A DNA stretch of 64,000 nt from a virus: the IMG/VR virus record IMGVR_UViG_3300044645_002216, positions 3,307 to 67,306 of that record, one strand, 5' to 3'. The notes below the pieces were generated by a model that did no database searches, was not told the DNA's origin, and saw only the letters and a program-made list of their open reading frames with translations. Each line of letters opens with the position of its first letter. Position 1 is the stretch's first letter. Below are positions 5,570 to 19,400 of the stretch, one piece after another. The position numbers and the translations under genes were made by a program.

Positions 5570-7480
5570 ATGACTCTAGTAAATTTTACAAATCTAGACT
5601 TTGATCAGATAAAAGTATCTTTAAAGGAATACTTAAGATCAAATTCAAATTTCACTGATTATGATTTTGAAGGATCAAATCTTTCAACAATCATAGACCT
5701 ATTAGCTTACAACACATATATTTCTTCATACAATGCTAACTTTGTTAGTAATGAGGTTTTTATTGATAGTGCAACACTCAGAGAAAATGTTGTTTCTCTG
5801 GCTCGTAATATTGGATATGTTCCTCGTTCCAGAACTGCGGCAAAAGCAAACATATCTTTCTTTGTAGATACAAGTACTTTTAGTACAAATCCACTTACAC
5901 TAACTCTTAAAAAAGGTACTGTTTGTCTATCAAGTTCTACATTTGGTGACACTAATTTTTCCTTTGCAATTAAAGGTGATGTAACCGTTCCAGTTGTTAA
6001 TGGTATTGCACTGTTTGATGACATCGAAGTTTATGAAGGATCCTTAATAACTGCTAATTTTACAGTAAATAGCAATAATCCAAATCAAAAATATATTTTA
6101 GAAAATTCAAGTATAGACACATCAACGATTTCTGTTCTTGTTAGAAACACTGAGTCTAGTTCTGTTTCAAGAAACTTTGTTTTTTCTGATAGCATATTAA
6201 ATGTAACCTCAGAATCAAGAGTTTTCTTTATACAGGAAATTGAGGACCAGAGATATGAGTTAATATTTGGAGACGGTATATTTGGTAAAAAGTTAGATAA
6301 TTTAAATTACATTGATGTTTCTTATATAATTACCAGTGGTGAATCTGGAAATGGTGTTAGTGACTTTAAGTTTGGCGGAAGAATAGTTGATAATAATGGA
6401 AGAGTTGTTACTGATGGAATATCGTTAGTGACAACTAACGTGGCATCAAGGAGTGGTAAGGAAATTGAATCTGTAGAGTCAATTAAAAAATATGCTCCAA
6501 GAATATATGCAGCGCAAAATAGGGCAGTAACTGCAAACGATTATGAAAGTATAATACCAAAGATATATCCAGAAACGGAATCAATTTCTGTTTATGGTGG
6601 AGAAGATCTTGAACCCCCAAGATACGGTAAAGTTTTTATCAGTATAAAACCTTTTAATGGACCATTTGTATCAAGTCAGGTAAAAGACAATATCAAAAAA
6701 CTTTTGCGCAAGTATAGTGTTGCTGGTATTGTTCCTGAAATAGTAGATTTAAAGTATCTTTTTATTGAATTTGATACTACCATTTATTATAATACTAACC
6801 TTGCTTCTTCTCCAGACAGTGTGAGAAGTATAGTCAGTCAAAATATAACTAAGTATGCAGAATCTAGTGAACTGAACAAATATGGCGCAAGGTTTAAATA
6901 TAGTAAATTTTTGAAAATAATCGATGATGGTAGTAATTCCATTACTTCAAATATTACAAAAATTAGAATGAGAAGGGATTTATTTCCTCTCGTGAATCAA
7001 TTTGCTGATTATGAAATATGTTTTGGTAATAGATTTCATATAAAAGATCGTAATGGATTTAATATTAAATCATCTGGATTTAGAATAAATGGTTTAAGTG
7101 AAACATTATACATAAGTGATGTACCTGATTCTAATTTGAGAACAGGTAAGATTGTAATTTTTAGACTTATCTCGCCAACTGAGTTTGTGATTGTAGCATC
7201 AAATGCTGGAACAATAAATTATGAAAAAGGTGAAATTATATTATTCCCAATCGATATCAGAGAAACTATTAAATTCAGTGGGGGTAATCCAGTTATAGAA
7301 ATATCTACAATTCCTAAATCCAATGATATTATTGGATTACAGGATCTTTATTTGCAGATAGATATTAATAACAGTATTTTAAATACTGTTTCTGATGAAA
7401 TTTCATCTGGTGCTGATGCATCAGGTACATCATATACAGTAACATCAAGCTACGAAAACGGAAATCTTGTAAGATCATAA
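5570..7480 (+). CDS. gp6: Baseplate wedge subunit gp6
   Basis: LDFDQIK...FTDYDFEGS...NEVFIDSA, QNRAVTANDYE motifs. Confidence 0.95.
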   Translation: MTLVNFTNLDFDQIKVSLKEYLRSNSNFTDYDFEGSNLSTIIDLLAYNTYISSYNANFVSNEVFIDSATLRENVVSLARNIGYVPRSRTAAKANISFFVDTSTFSTNPLTLTLKKGTVCLSSSTFGDTNFSFAIKGDVTVPVVNGIALFDDIEVYEGSLITANFTVNSNNPNQKYILENSSIDTSTISVLVRNTESSSVSRNFVFSDSILNVTSESRVFFIQEIEDQRYELIFGDGIFGKKLDNLNYIDVSYIITSGESGNGVSDFKFGGRIVDNNGRVVTDGISLVTTNVASRSGKEIESVESIKKYAPRIYAAQNRAVTANDYESIIPKIYPETESISVYGGEDLEPPRYGKVFISIKPFNGPFVSSQVKDNIKKLLRKYSVAGIVPEIVDLKYLFIEFDTTIYYNTNLASSPDSVRSIVSQNITKYAESSELNKYGARFKYSKFLKIIDDGSNSITSNITKIRMRRDLFPLVNQFADYEICFGNRFHIKDRNGFNIKSSGFRINGLSETLYISDVPDSNLRTGKIVIFRLISPTEFVIVASNAGTINYEKGEIILFPIDIRETIKFSGGNPVIEISTIPKSNDIIGLQDLYLQIDINNSILNTVSDEISSGADASGTSYTVTSSYENGNLVRS

Positions 7481-7481
7481 A

Positions 7482-10400
7482 ATGACAGAGAGCAGAATCA
7501 AAATTAGTTCAATTGTTGAAAATCAACTTCCGGATTATGTAAAAGAAGAATTTCCGCTAGTTACGGAATTTCTTTCTCAGTACTATCAAGCAATAGAAAA
7601 TCAAGGAAGTACACTTGATATTCTGCAGAATATTGATCATTATATAAAAGTTGATAACTTAACTAATTTAATTGATTCTACGCAGACAACATCGAATGTA
7701 TCTCTGTTTGATGGAACAATTAATGTTGAAAGTACTTTTGGATTTCCAGATTCATATGGATTAATTAAGATTGATAATGAGATTATTACTTATAAAAGCA
7801 AAACATCCACATCATTTGATGAATGTGTAAGAGGATTTGTTGGAATTGAAGAATATTTTAATAATGATCAATTGAAATTTTCTGATACAAATGTAGAGTC
7901 TCATGTTGAAGATTCTACTGTTGTTAATTTGAGTGTTCTTTTCCTTAAAGAATTTTTTAATAAAATTAAAATTCAGGTTACTCCTGGATTTGAAAATCGT
8001 GCTTTGAGTTCTCAAATAAACGAAGGACTTTTTATTAAACAATCTAAAGATTTTTATTCATCAAAAGGAACAGCGCACTCTTTTGAAATTCTTTTTAGAG
8101 CTCTATATGGTAAAGACGTTGAAGTTATTCTTCCGCGCGATTTTCTTATCCAACCTTCGGATGCTCAGTATAGAATTACTAAAGATCTTGTAGTTGAAGC
8201 AATTGAAGGAAATCCTACAGATTTAATAAACTTAACTCTATACCAAGATTCAGTTTACGATATTCCTGCATCAAGGGGTACAGTATCTAATGTAGAAAAA
8301 ATTATTCGTTCAAATAAAGAATATTATGTAATTAGTTTAGATTTTGGATATGGCAATAATGTAAATGATACTGGTCTTGCGCTCGGGAACTTTACGGTAC
8401 ACTCAAAAACAAAAAATATAATTGATATTGTCCCCAGTTCTGATACTATCACGGTAGATTCTACGTTAGGTTTTCCATCTTCCGGAAATTTAACAGTAGA
8501 TCTAGAAAATGGAACTCAATTATTAATTAATTATACATCAAAATCATCAACTCAGTTTTATGGTTGTACTGGAATAAATCAGAATGTTCCAAAAAACAGT
8601 GAATTAAATTTAGACGCTTTTGCTTATGGATATACTGACGTTGAACAAACTAAAATTGCAAAAGTAAGAATTACTGGTGTTCTTTCAAATATAGATTTAG
8701 ATTCTCCCACCAAATATTACGATAGAGGTGACTTAATAAAGATTGTAACTATTGGTAAGCAATCTAATGACTTTAGAGCAAATAAATGGTTATTTAATAT
8801 TTCTTCAACTCATAATATAAAATCTATAATCGAGTTAGATGCATTAAACTTTAGATATAATATTGATCTATATGATCGACATTTTTTCTATATTGGAGAT
8901 TCAGTTACAATCATATCTCCCCAAGGACAACCTGCATCCGAAATTAGAGGTGTTGTAAGTGCGGTTAAAAACTCCACTTCTATTACTATTTCTTTAGAGC
9001 AAAAATTAAATTCTCTTGTACCTTTCCAAATAAAGAAAAATATAGTAAATGTATCATCAAAAAATGACTTAAGTTTGAATAAGTATGTTGCGAATGTTCA
9101 AAACACTTATATTGATAGTACAAACTCAGTATACGTAACATCACTTTCTTTACCATATTATGCAAATAATTCTCTTGATATAAGAGATAAGAAAATAACC
9201 TTTTCCGGAACATTTTCCGGAGATTCTCTTACAGTTCCAAATCATAAATTTTATACTGGCGATAAAATTGTTTATAACCCAGATCAAAATGAAAATAAAC
9301 TTGATTTGGGAGCCGGAAAATATTTTGTTCGTAGAATCGATTCTAGCACAATAAAGTTAAGTAGAAGTGTCGCAGATCTTTTTAATAATAGGTATTTGAA
9401 TGTTTCTGGTACTGTAGTTGATAATGTTTTTTATTATGAACCTTTTACTTTTGAAAATTTAAGTCCAAAGACTGTACTACCTCAAAATTTAATTAGACAA
9501 ATTCCAATTCCATCAATAACAAATACTCGCTTTATAACTCCCACTGGGTTTACTGGTATTTTTGTAAATGGTGTTGAACTCTTAAACTATAAATCAAATG
9601 ATTATGTTTATTATGGACCAATAACATCTATTGATATATTATCTAGAGGAGGTAATTATGATGTTATTAATCCACCAATAGTACAAATTAGTGATTTGGT
9701 AGGATCTGGTGCTACCGCACATTGCACTGTCAGTGGATCATTGGTAAGAATTGATGTTATAGATGGTGGAGTAAATTATTTACAAAATCCAGAAATAATC
9801 ATAACTGGGGGAAATGGTTCTAATGCTAAAGCTATTCCAATTTTAGAATCATATGATTATTCGGTTTCTTTTAGTTCTAATCAGTCCGCAGGATATGTGA
9901 ATTTAATTGATAATACTATTGGATTCTCATCTTTCCATAAACTTAATAATGGAGATGAATTAATATATCAAACAAATGAGCAGCAGGGAATTGGTGGAAT
10001 TACAACCAATTCATCTTATTTTGCCTCAGTAGTTGACGCGAATACTATAAAATTACATACCAAATTAACTGATGCTTTTGATAGAACTAATCCTGTAAAT
10101 TTATCTTTACCATATGGTACAGGTGTTCATACATTAAAGTCAAAATTCAAAAGAAGAAAAATACAATCAATAAATGTAATAAATCCAGGAACTAATTATA
10201 GAAATAGAAAATTATTTGTTGGTTCTATTGGTATTAGCACTGCAAATAATTCAATCAATATTAATAATCATAATTTTAATAATAAAGATATAGTCACATA
10301 TCAATCTACCGGCGAAGTAATAAGTGGATTAGACACATCAAAATATTACTATGTCGAAAAAATTGATGATAACAATTTTAGATTATTCGATCAGTATACG

Positions 10401-13400
10401 CTAGATGATAAAAATCAAATAGATTTTTATTATGAGACAAATCAACCAGTAAACTTAACAAGTGTTGGTAGTGGTCTTCATATTTTCAGAGATGAACCAA
10501 TAAGAATTCAAATTATTGGACCTGTTGGAGTAACTACATTTGCAAATCAAAATTTTGATGCCGAACTTCAACCTATTTTCCGAGGAAGAATTGAGTCTGT
10601 ATTCTTAGAGGATGGTGGTTCTAACTATGGAACTGAAGAAATCTTTAATTATAACCGACAACCTAATATTACACTTAACTCAGGAACTGGTGCTGAGATA
10701 AGACCTGTAATTTTGAATGGTTCTATTGTTAATGTTTTTGTTGTAAATCCGGGAATAGGTTATAATTCTCCCCCAGACATATTCATTGAAAGTCCAACAG
10801 GATCTAGTGCTATCTTAGTCCCAATAGTCAATGAAGGACTTTTGGTTGAAGTTAAAGTTGTATCTGGTGGAATAGGGTACGAACAATCAACAACTACGAT
10901 GATTGTTTCTTCTGCTGGACAAGAAGCAAAATTTAGCGCAAATATAAAATCTTGGCAAGTAAACCTGGTTGAAAGAAATATTATTTCGGGTGAAATAACA
11001 AATGATGATGGTATTATTGCAGAATCATTAAACAATAAATTTGAACTTGAATATTCTCACGGATATGCTCCAAGAAGTCTTAGAAGATCAATACTAGCAG
11101 AAAAGTTCACTGACGAGGGAATTATTTACATTCCGGATTTAAATATCCAAAATGGCAGTGAAACTTTATCGGACGTACATTCCCCTATTATTGGATGGGC
11201 ATATGATGGAAACCCAATCTATGGCCCCTATGGATACTCAACTGCTTCAGGTGGAGCAGCAAAACTTTTAAAATCTGGATATTCAATTTCACTGCAAGAT
11301 AATAGACCAAGTTTAGATCTTTATCCTGAAGGATTTTTTATAGAAGATTATCAATATACTGATAATGGTGATTTGGATGAGTCTAATGGAAGATTCTGCG
11401 TTACTCCAGAATATCCTACTGGGACATATGCTTATTTTGCAACTATATCCGAAAATATTGAAACATCAGGAACCTTTGTAAATTATAGAAGACCAATATT
11501 CCCATATGCAATTGGTGATTACTATCATTCAAATATTGGTGTAGTTAATTTTTCACCGGTCTTAAATCAAGATGATTTTGATCTCAATCAAACTAATTTA
11601 TTAAGAAATACGACTCCATATTATTTGAATAGTGATAACAGTTTTTATGAGTATCTAGAAGATCCTAATAAAATTAAAGAGCAAAATTCTAAAGTTATTA
11701 ATGTATCTTCCGGATCAGTAACATCAATTGATATTATTGATCCTGGCGAGAATTATAATGTAGGTGATCAAATTTTATTTGATAATGCTGGAACTGGAGG
11801 AAGAGGTGCGAAGGCCTATGTCTCTGGCATTCAGGGTAAAAATATTGTAGGCATTTCAATTACAACACTTCAAGTAGACAATGTTGAATTAATTGGAAAT
11901 GTTGGAATATCTTCTTCACAATTAAATTTGAAAAACAGAGATTTTCTTACTATAACTGGAAAAATTCCAAATCAATTTAGTACAACTCAAAGAATTGAAA
12001 TAGTTAATAGCACTCTTATTCTTTCTTCTGGAATTGGATCTGCTTTTTATACTGGAATAGTGACTTATATGAGCGTTTATCCTCCAATAAATGCTATAGA
12101 GAATGATTTATTTTATCTTGGCAATGAAGTAGTTAAAATACTGAATATTGACAAATTAAATTCCAGGGTCAGAATACTTAGAAATCAGAAAGGAACGACC
12201 GGAATATCTTCATATTCTGCTGGATATGCATTAACAGAATCTCCAACAAAATTTGTTTATAATTCTTCTGGTATTGGTGCTACTTTCTTTGATAATAGAG
12301 AATTTTATTTTAATCCAATAGAGTCTGTTGGACTAGGAACTACAAGTGGAGTTGGAATAGGACTGACACTATATTTTTCAAATCCAGGAGCTGGCGGAAC
12401 ATCAATATTTGTTCCAACGAGAACCATTTATATTCCAGATCATCAAATTCCTACCGGAACTGAACTTTTATACCGTTCAAATGACGGTAGTCCATTATCA
12501 ATTTCTACTGATGGCGTTAGTTCATATAATTTGAGTAATAATTCTATAGTATATTCCGCCAAAATATCTGAAGATCTAATTGGAATTTCTACAGTTCTTG
12601 TTTCTTTGGGAAATACTGGAACTTTTGTTGGAGTTGGGTCCACAAATATTGGAACTTTACTGTATTTTACTAGTATTGGGTCAGGTGTTAATCATAGCTT
12701 AAAATCAAATCCAACCAAAACAGTTAAAGCAGATCTATCAAAAAACACTGTGAATGTTTCTACTGCGGAAACTCATGGATTGTTTGAAAGAGAAAACATA
12801 AAAATAACAGCTTTACCTCAGTTGTCTACAAGTGTATATGTATCTTATAGTGATTATAATAGAAGACTTTGTATAAACAAACTATCATTTAGTTCTCCAA
12901 ATGTTGATATTGTTAGCAAAACAATTACAATAAATGATCACAAATTACCGACTGGGCAGAGTGTTGTATACAGAGAAATCACACCTGTTGGTGGATTAGT
13001 TGATAGTAAAATTTATTATGTAATTGAGTACGGAAAAAATTCCATTAAACTTGCGGAGTCACTTTATGATATATCAATTAATAAAGTTGTAAACATAACA
13101 TCCACCGGTTCTGGTACTATTTCTGCAATAAATCCTCAGATTGTTGTAACCAAAAATAATACTATCAATTTTGATTTATCAGACTCGTCATTGGCTTTCA
13201 AAAATAATGCTATAGACTACACTGCTTTCGACTTTAATATTTACGAAGACGCTCTTCTGAATAAAAAGTTTGACAAAACACCAAATTCATCTACATTTAA
13301 TGTAATTAAAAACGGAAGAATTGGTATTGACACTACGGCATCAATATCTTTAATTTTTAATAATGAACTGCCCAATAAACTTTATTATAGATTAGAACCA

Positions 13401-16400
13401 AAAAAGGATAATCTTTTACCAAGTTCAAAAAAAGAGATTATATTTGATGATCAGATAAGTGGAGCTGGAGAAATTATTTTTGTTGACAGTGTATTATCAG
13501 GATCTGCTTCAATATCTGGAGTAGGAAGTACAACATTTACTTATACAATTCCTTTCGCTCCCCCAGAAAGTTCATATAATAAATCTAATGGAATTTTTGA
13601 ATATGAAAGATTTAGAGGTAAAGGAAAAATAAAGAACATTTATTTAGAGTCTGGTGGAACAAAGTATAAATCGCTACCATCTATTTCTCAAGTATTATCT
13701 GAAGACGGTAAGGGTGCATTACTATATTCCAACGGAACTGATATTGGATCTGTAAGTAATGTTGAAATTATTGATATTGGATTTTCATATCCAAAAGATT
13801 ACACTCTAAGACCAACCGCAAAACTACCAAATATTTTAAAACTTTATTCTTTATCAATATTTGATAGAATTGGTATTTCATCACAAGGAATTAATTATGT
13901 CATTCCACCTGATTTGGTTGTTATTGATAAAAAAACTAACAAACAGGTAGTTGATGTAGATTTATCTTACAACTTAGGTGACAATGAGGTTAGAATAAAC
14001 AGGAATGTATCTGGAATTTATGACACAAATCCATCTATAATACCCATAAACAATTCAAATGGTATCGGAATTAATTCTATTACCTATGATTCGACAACCA
14101 AAAATGTCACCTTATACTTAAAACCAAGTTATAGTGATCTAGAATCTTTCCCATTTGCAATTGGCGAAAGGATTTTGGTGGAATCTGTTGGCGTTACTTC
14201 CACTACATCTACAATTAGAGGATATAATTCAGAAAATTATGGATTTTCTTTATTTACAGTAACATCTACCGATCCCAATATTGGTGGATCTAATCCCTCT
14301 ATTACTTATAATTTATCTGAATATCTTTCATCGGGAGAATCGCCGGGAACTGTGAATCTTAATGGATTTGTAGTACCGGAAAGATATTTGCCTATTTTTA
14401 ATATTTCTTTGAAAAAATTAGAGTTCTTGAATGGAGAAACTGTATCATCAAAATCAGCAAGTGGTATCGTACAACTTTGGGATTCTAAAAATAATAATTT
14501 AAAAATAGCAACAAATAAAGATTTTGTTATTGGTGAGGTTATTATTGGGGAATCATCAAGAGCAAGTGGAATAATTAATGAAATTTATATATCCGACTCA
14601 TCTTACAATGTTGACTCTTATTCTATTGTGAGAAAAGGGTGGTTTAGTGAAACTGGATTCTTGAATAAAGACACACAAAGAATTCAAGATAGTGATTATT
14701 ACCAATATTTCTCATATTCACTAAAATCAGAAATTTCTTTTGATGTGTGGGAAGATAGTGTAAGCACTTTGAATCACACTGCAGGATTTAAAAAATTTAG
14801 TGATTTGGTAATTAATTCTACTTCAGGTTTTGTTGGATTATCAACATCAATAGATGCTAATAATAGCCAATTTACTGGAATTGCCGATTTATACAGCGTA
14901 AAGAGTTTACATTGTTTTGATGATTTCGATTTAGTTTCTGAAAACAATATAGTTATGAATAATAAAAGTTATTCAGATACTATAAACTTTAAATCAAAAA
15001 TACTTCAGGATTACATAGAGTCTATTGGCAATAGAGTATTAAAAATTGATGATATAAGTTCGGAATTTAATAGCAATCCAAGAACAACTAATTTTAGTGT
15101 AATTGATTCATTCGACATTAATGATTTTCGGTCTAGAAAATATGTCATTTATATAACCGATAGAACTCTACCAAATGAAAAAGAAACAATACTTGTATCT
15201 TTAATTCATGATGGATCTACCGCATATTTAAATCAGTATGCAAGTGTCACTAGTGAAGAAGATCTAGGTCATTTTGATTTCAATATTACTGGAGTAGATG
15301 CTAATTTACTATTTTATCCAAATAAAAGTGAACTTAATAATTATAACTTAGAATATCTATCGTTTGGTATTCGAGACAATGTATCTGGCATAGGAACTCT
15401 ACATCTTGGAGATGCAATAACCATAAGATCAGATACATCTGAAATTTTAGCAGGAAGTATTTCTACCACTGTTGTTGGCATTGCTTCTACCTACAGAGCA
15501 TCTAAAGTATTAGTTCAAATTGGAGCTACTGATAGATCATATTTCGAATTTAATGAGTTTACTTTACTGCATGATGATAGTAATGTTTATTTTATTGATT
15601 ATGGACAATTAACTACTGGTAATTTTAGTTCTTATTCATCTATTGGTATTGGAACGTATCATGCTTACTTAAATGGTTCTGAACTAAATCTTGACCTAAT
15701 TTTAGACAATCCGTCAACAGTAAATTACAATATAAATTCAGTTATTGTTTCTATTGCAAACACTTCCTCTAGTGGTCTTGGAACAGGAACTGTCGGTGGA
15801 ACTTTCTTGGAATCTAATCATACCTCTATTGCATCCACTTCTTCTCCCACTGGAACTCTTGTATCTGAATATGACCTGGTAAGTAACTCTTCATATTATA
15901 TTGCTGTTGTTGAGGATCTTACTAATGGAAATTCTCAAGTATCTGAAATAGTTGTAACTAATTCTAGAACAGAAAGTTATTTGAGTGAATATGGATTAGT
16001 AAAAACTAGTGAGTCTTTTAATTCTCTTGGACAGTTTGATGCAAATACTACAGGAAACACCGGAAACTTGTGGTTCACTCCAAATGCTAATATTGAATGT
16101 GAAGTTAGAATTTTTGCAATTCATACTGGATTAGATGAAACTTCTGGAATGATTGATTTTACTAATTCAGCGTTAGATTCATCTTATGGATTATATAATG
16201 GTTCATCGCTAGATGTTAAGAGAGAATTTGAACTTAAGCACAATTCAATACCAATTTTCAAACGACAGTTTGATGGATCAAGTTCGGATATTGTTGACGT
16301 GGTTAGAAATACGATTCGTATTCCGGAACACTACTTTATTACCGGTGAAGAAATAACATACTCATATCAAGGTGCGCCAATAGGAATAGAGACTACATCT

Positions 16401-19400
16401 ATCGCGGGAATAGGAACCACCGATAAACTTCCACCAAATCTTTATATTGTAAAGGTTAATGACTTGGATGTACAAGTAAGTGCTTCCGCATCTCATGCAT
16501 TATCGTCCACACCAAATGTTTTAAGTATAACATCTGTTGGAAGTGGTACTACACACCATTTCTCAGCAAAAAATCAAAATTCAAAATTATTACTGGCTCT
16601 TGACAATGCAATACAATCACCAATTGTATCTACTGCAATAACAACCAAATTGGTCAATAATATAGAGATATTTGAGAACATTTTAACTTTTGCTGGAATT
16701 ACATCTTTTTATGGTGGAGATTTAATCAAAGTTGATAATGAAATAATGAAACTTACTGGTGTAGGAATTGGAAGTACTAATTTCGTGACAGTACTACGTC
16801 CTTGGATGGGTTCAACCCTAGCAATACACACATCAGGTGCTCTTATAAGTAAAGTTGAGGGTGATTTTAATATAGTTGATAATAATATTCATTTTATCGA
16901 CCCACCTCAGGGATTAGTTCCCTTAGAAAATCCAAATAAATTTGATGAAACAGATTATTCGGGTATAACTACCAGTTCTAAATTTAGTGGAAGAGTTTTC
17001 TTAAGATCTGGTATAGAAAATTCCTCTCAGGAACCATATTCTAGAAATTACATATTCAACGATATTTCCAATCAATTTAATGGAGTAACTTCTGATTTTA
17101 GATTAACTTCAAATAATAGTAATGTAACAGGTGTTTCTACTAGCAATTCTATCATTTTAATCAATGGAGTATTTCAGATTCCATCGAGACCTGGTGCGGT
17201 AAGTATTGTTGGTGGTTATGATTTAGAAGAATCTAGTGGTATTAGCACTATTTCTTTCGTTGGAACAACCAGTTCTATTGGATCAGACATCAATATCTCC
17301 AATATACCAAGAGGGGGTATTATTGTATCTGTTGGTTCTACTCGCGGATTTGGATATCAACCTCTAGTTTCTGCTGGAGGAACTGCTGTAGTATCGGTTG
17401 CTGGAACAATTCAGTCTGTAAGTATTGCTAATAGTGGTTCTGGATATAGAAGTGGATATCAGGTAGTGAATGTTGGTGTCGGTACTTCTAGTCTGTACAG
17501 TCCAAACATTGAATTTATTGGAACTGCTACCGTCAGCGGAGGTCATGTTGTAAGTGTTGCGATTACAAATCCGGGTGTAGGATATACTGCATCAAATCCA
17601 CCATATGTATTTTTTGATTCTCCACTTTCTTATACTAATATTCCTCTAGTTCATAGTTCTTCTTCACTTACGGGGTTTGGAACTGGTGCTCGTGTTGACA
17701 TTATCGTTGGTCAGGGATCAAGTGTAATTAGTTTTGAACTTAAGAATTTGGGATATGGATATGGACAAAGAGAGATATTAACTATTCCTATCAGTGGAAA
17801 TATAGGTATTCCAACAAATACTAATCTAATTTTCAAAGAATTTTCAATTATTGTTGAACAAACATATAATGATAGTTTCTCGGGATGGGCTATTGGTGAT
17901 TTGCAATTATTGGATCCTTTAGATTCTTTATTTGATGGGGAAAGAACAGAGTTTCCAATTTTAATCAATGGAAATCAAACAACAATTAGGAAGAAGGTTG
18001 GATCTAATATTGATATTGAATCTACTCTCTTAATATTCATAAATGATGTATTGCAAGTACCCGGAGAAGGATATACTTTTGCTGGGGGAAGCGTAATCAC
18101 ATTCACTGAACCTCCAAGTCAAGGTGACACTTCAAAATTAGTTTTCTATAGAGGAACAGGTGATGTTGATACTGTTCTTGTGGATATTTTAGAAACAATA
18201 AAACCTGGAGATACTCTTCAGATAAATTCGGATGATGAATCATATAAGCAAGATGAGAGATCAGTTTCTGAAATTATTTCTTCAGATGCTGTTAGAACTA
18301 ACATGTATTCTAGAAGTGGAATATCAAATGATTCAAATCTACTGAGACCTGTTACTTGGTGTAAGCAAGAATTTGACATGGTGATGAACGATCAACAAGT
18401 GACAAAAGATAGAATTCAATATGAACCATATATCTATCCTATTAGTAATATTATTGAACATGTGGGAACTTCATCTACGGTGATATATGTTGAAAGTGCT
18501 AAGACATTTTTTGATAGTGTGGATGAATATGTACAAGATGGTTCCACAGAAAAACCACAAAAATCAATTAAAATTGTAGAGCAAGAAACATTGGTTCCAG
18601 CATTTGCTACCGCTATAGTTTCTTCTGCAGGTACTATAGGATCAATATTAATTTCAAATTCTGGTATTGGATATACGTCATCAAATGTTCCTTCAGTTAT
18701 AATTGGAAATACTATTGGCGTTGCTCTCACACAAAGAGCAACTGCAACAGCAGTGGTTTCTCCATTTGGAACAATATCAAATATTATTGTGAATTATCCT
18801 GGAGTTGGATATACTTCTTCAAATCCACCTCAAGTTTTAATTGAACTCCCAGAACCAAAAGTGGAAGTTATTCGTGAGGTTAATTATAGTGGAGATTTTG
18901 GAATCATAGTTGGTTATGGAATTTCAACTATGTCAGGTTCTGATAAGAACATTTTTGATTTATACGTTCCACAAAATTCATTCTTACGTGACACCAACAT
19001 AGTTGGAACAGCAATTACATTGAGCCAAATTCAAGTTGGAGACTTTTTTGTCGTACAAAACTCAAATGTAGGATCTGCATCTACTAATTTCTTCACATAC
19101 AGAAATGATAACTCAATTATTGGACTTTCTACTCAATATGTTGATGGTATATATCAAGTCAATGCAGTAGAAACGATTTATAGAAGTGTTGCTGGGGTTG
19201 GAAGTACATATGTGAAGAGAATTTTTGCAATTGTAGAACCGACAACGGGAATAAGCACTATTGGATTAGGAGCATCTACAATATTCTTCGATTCAACATA
19301 TTACACTTGGGATCACTTAGGAATTACTACTTATTCTGGCGGAACTATAAGTACTTCAAATTACTTTGGTGACTATAGTTGGGGTAAAATTTCTGGTTTA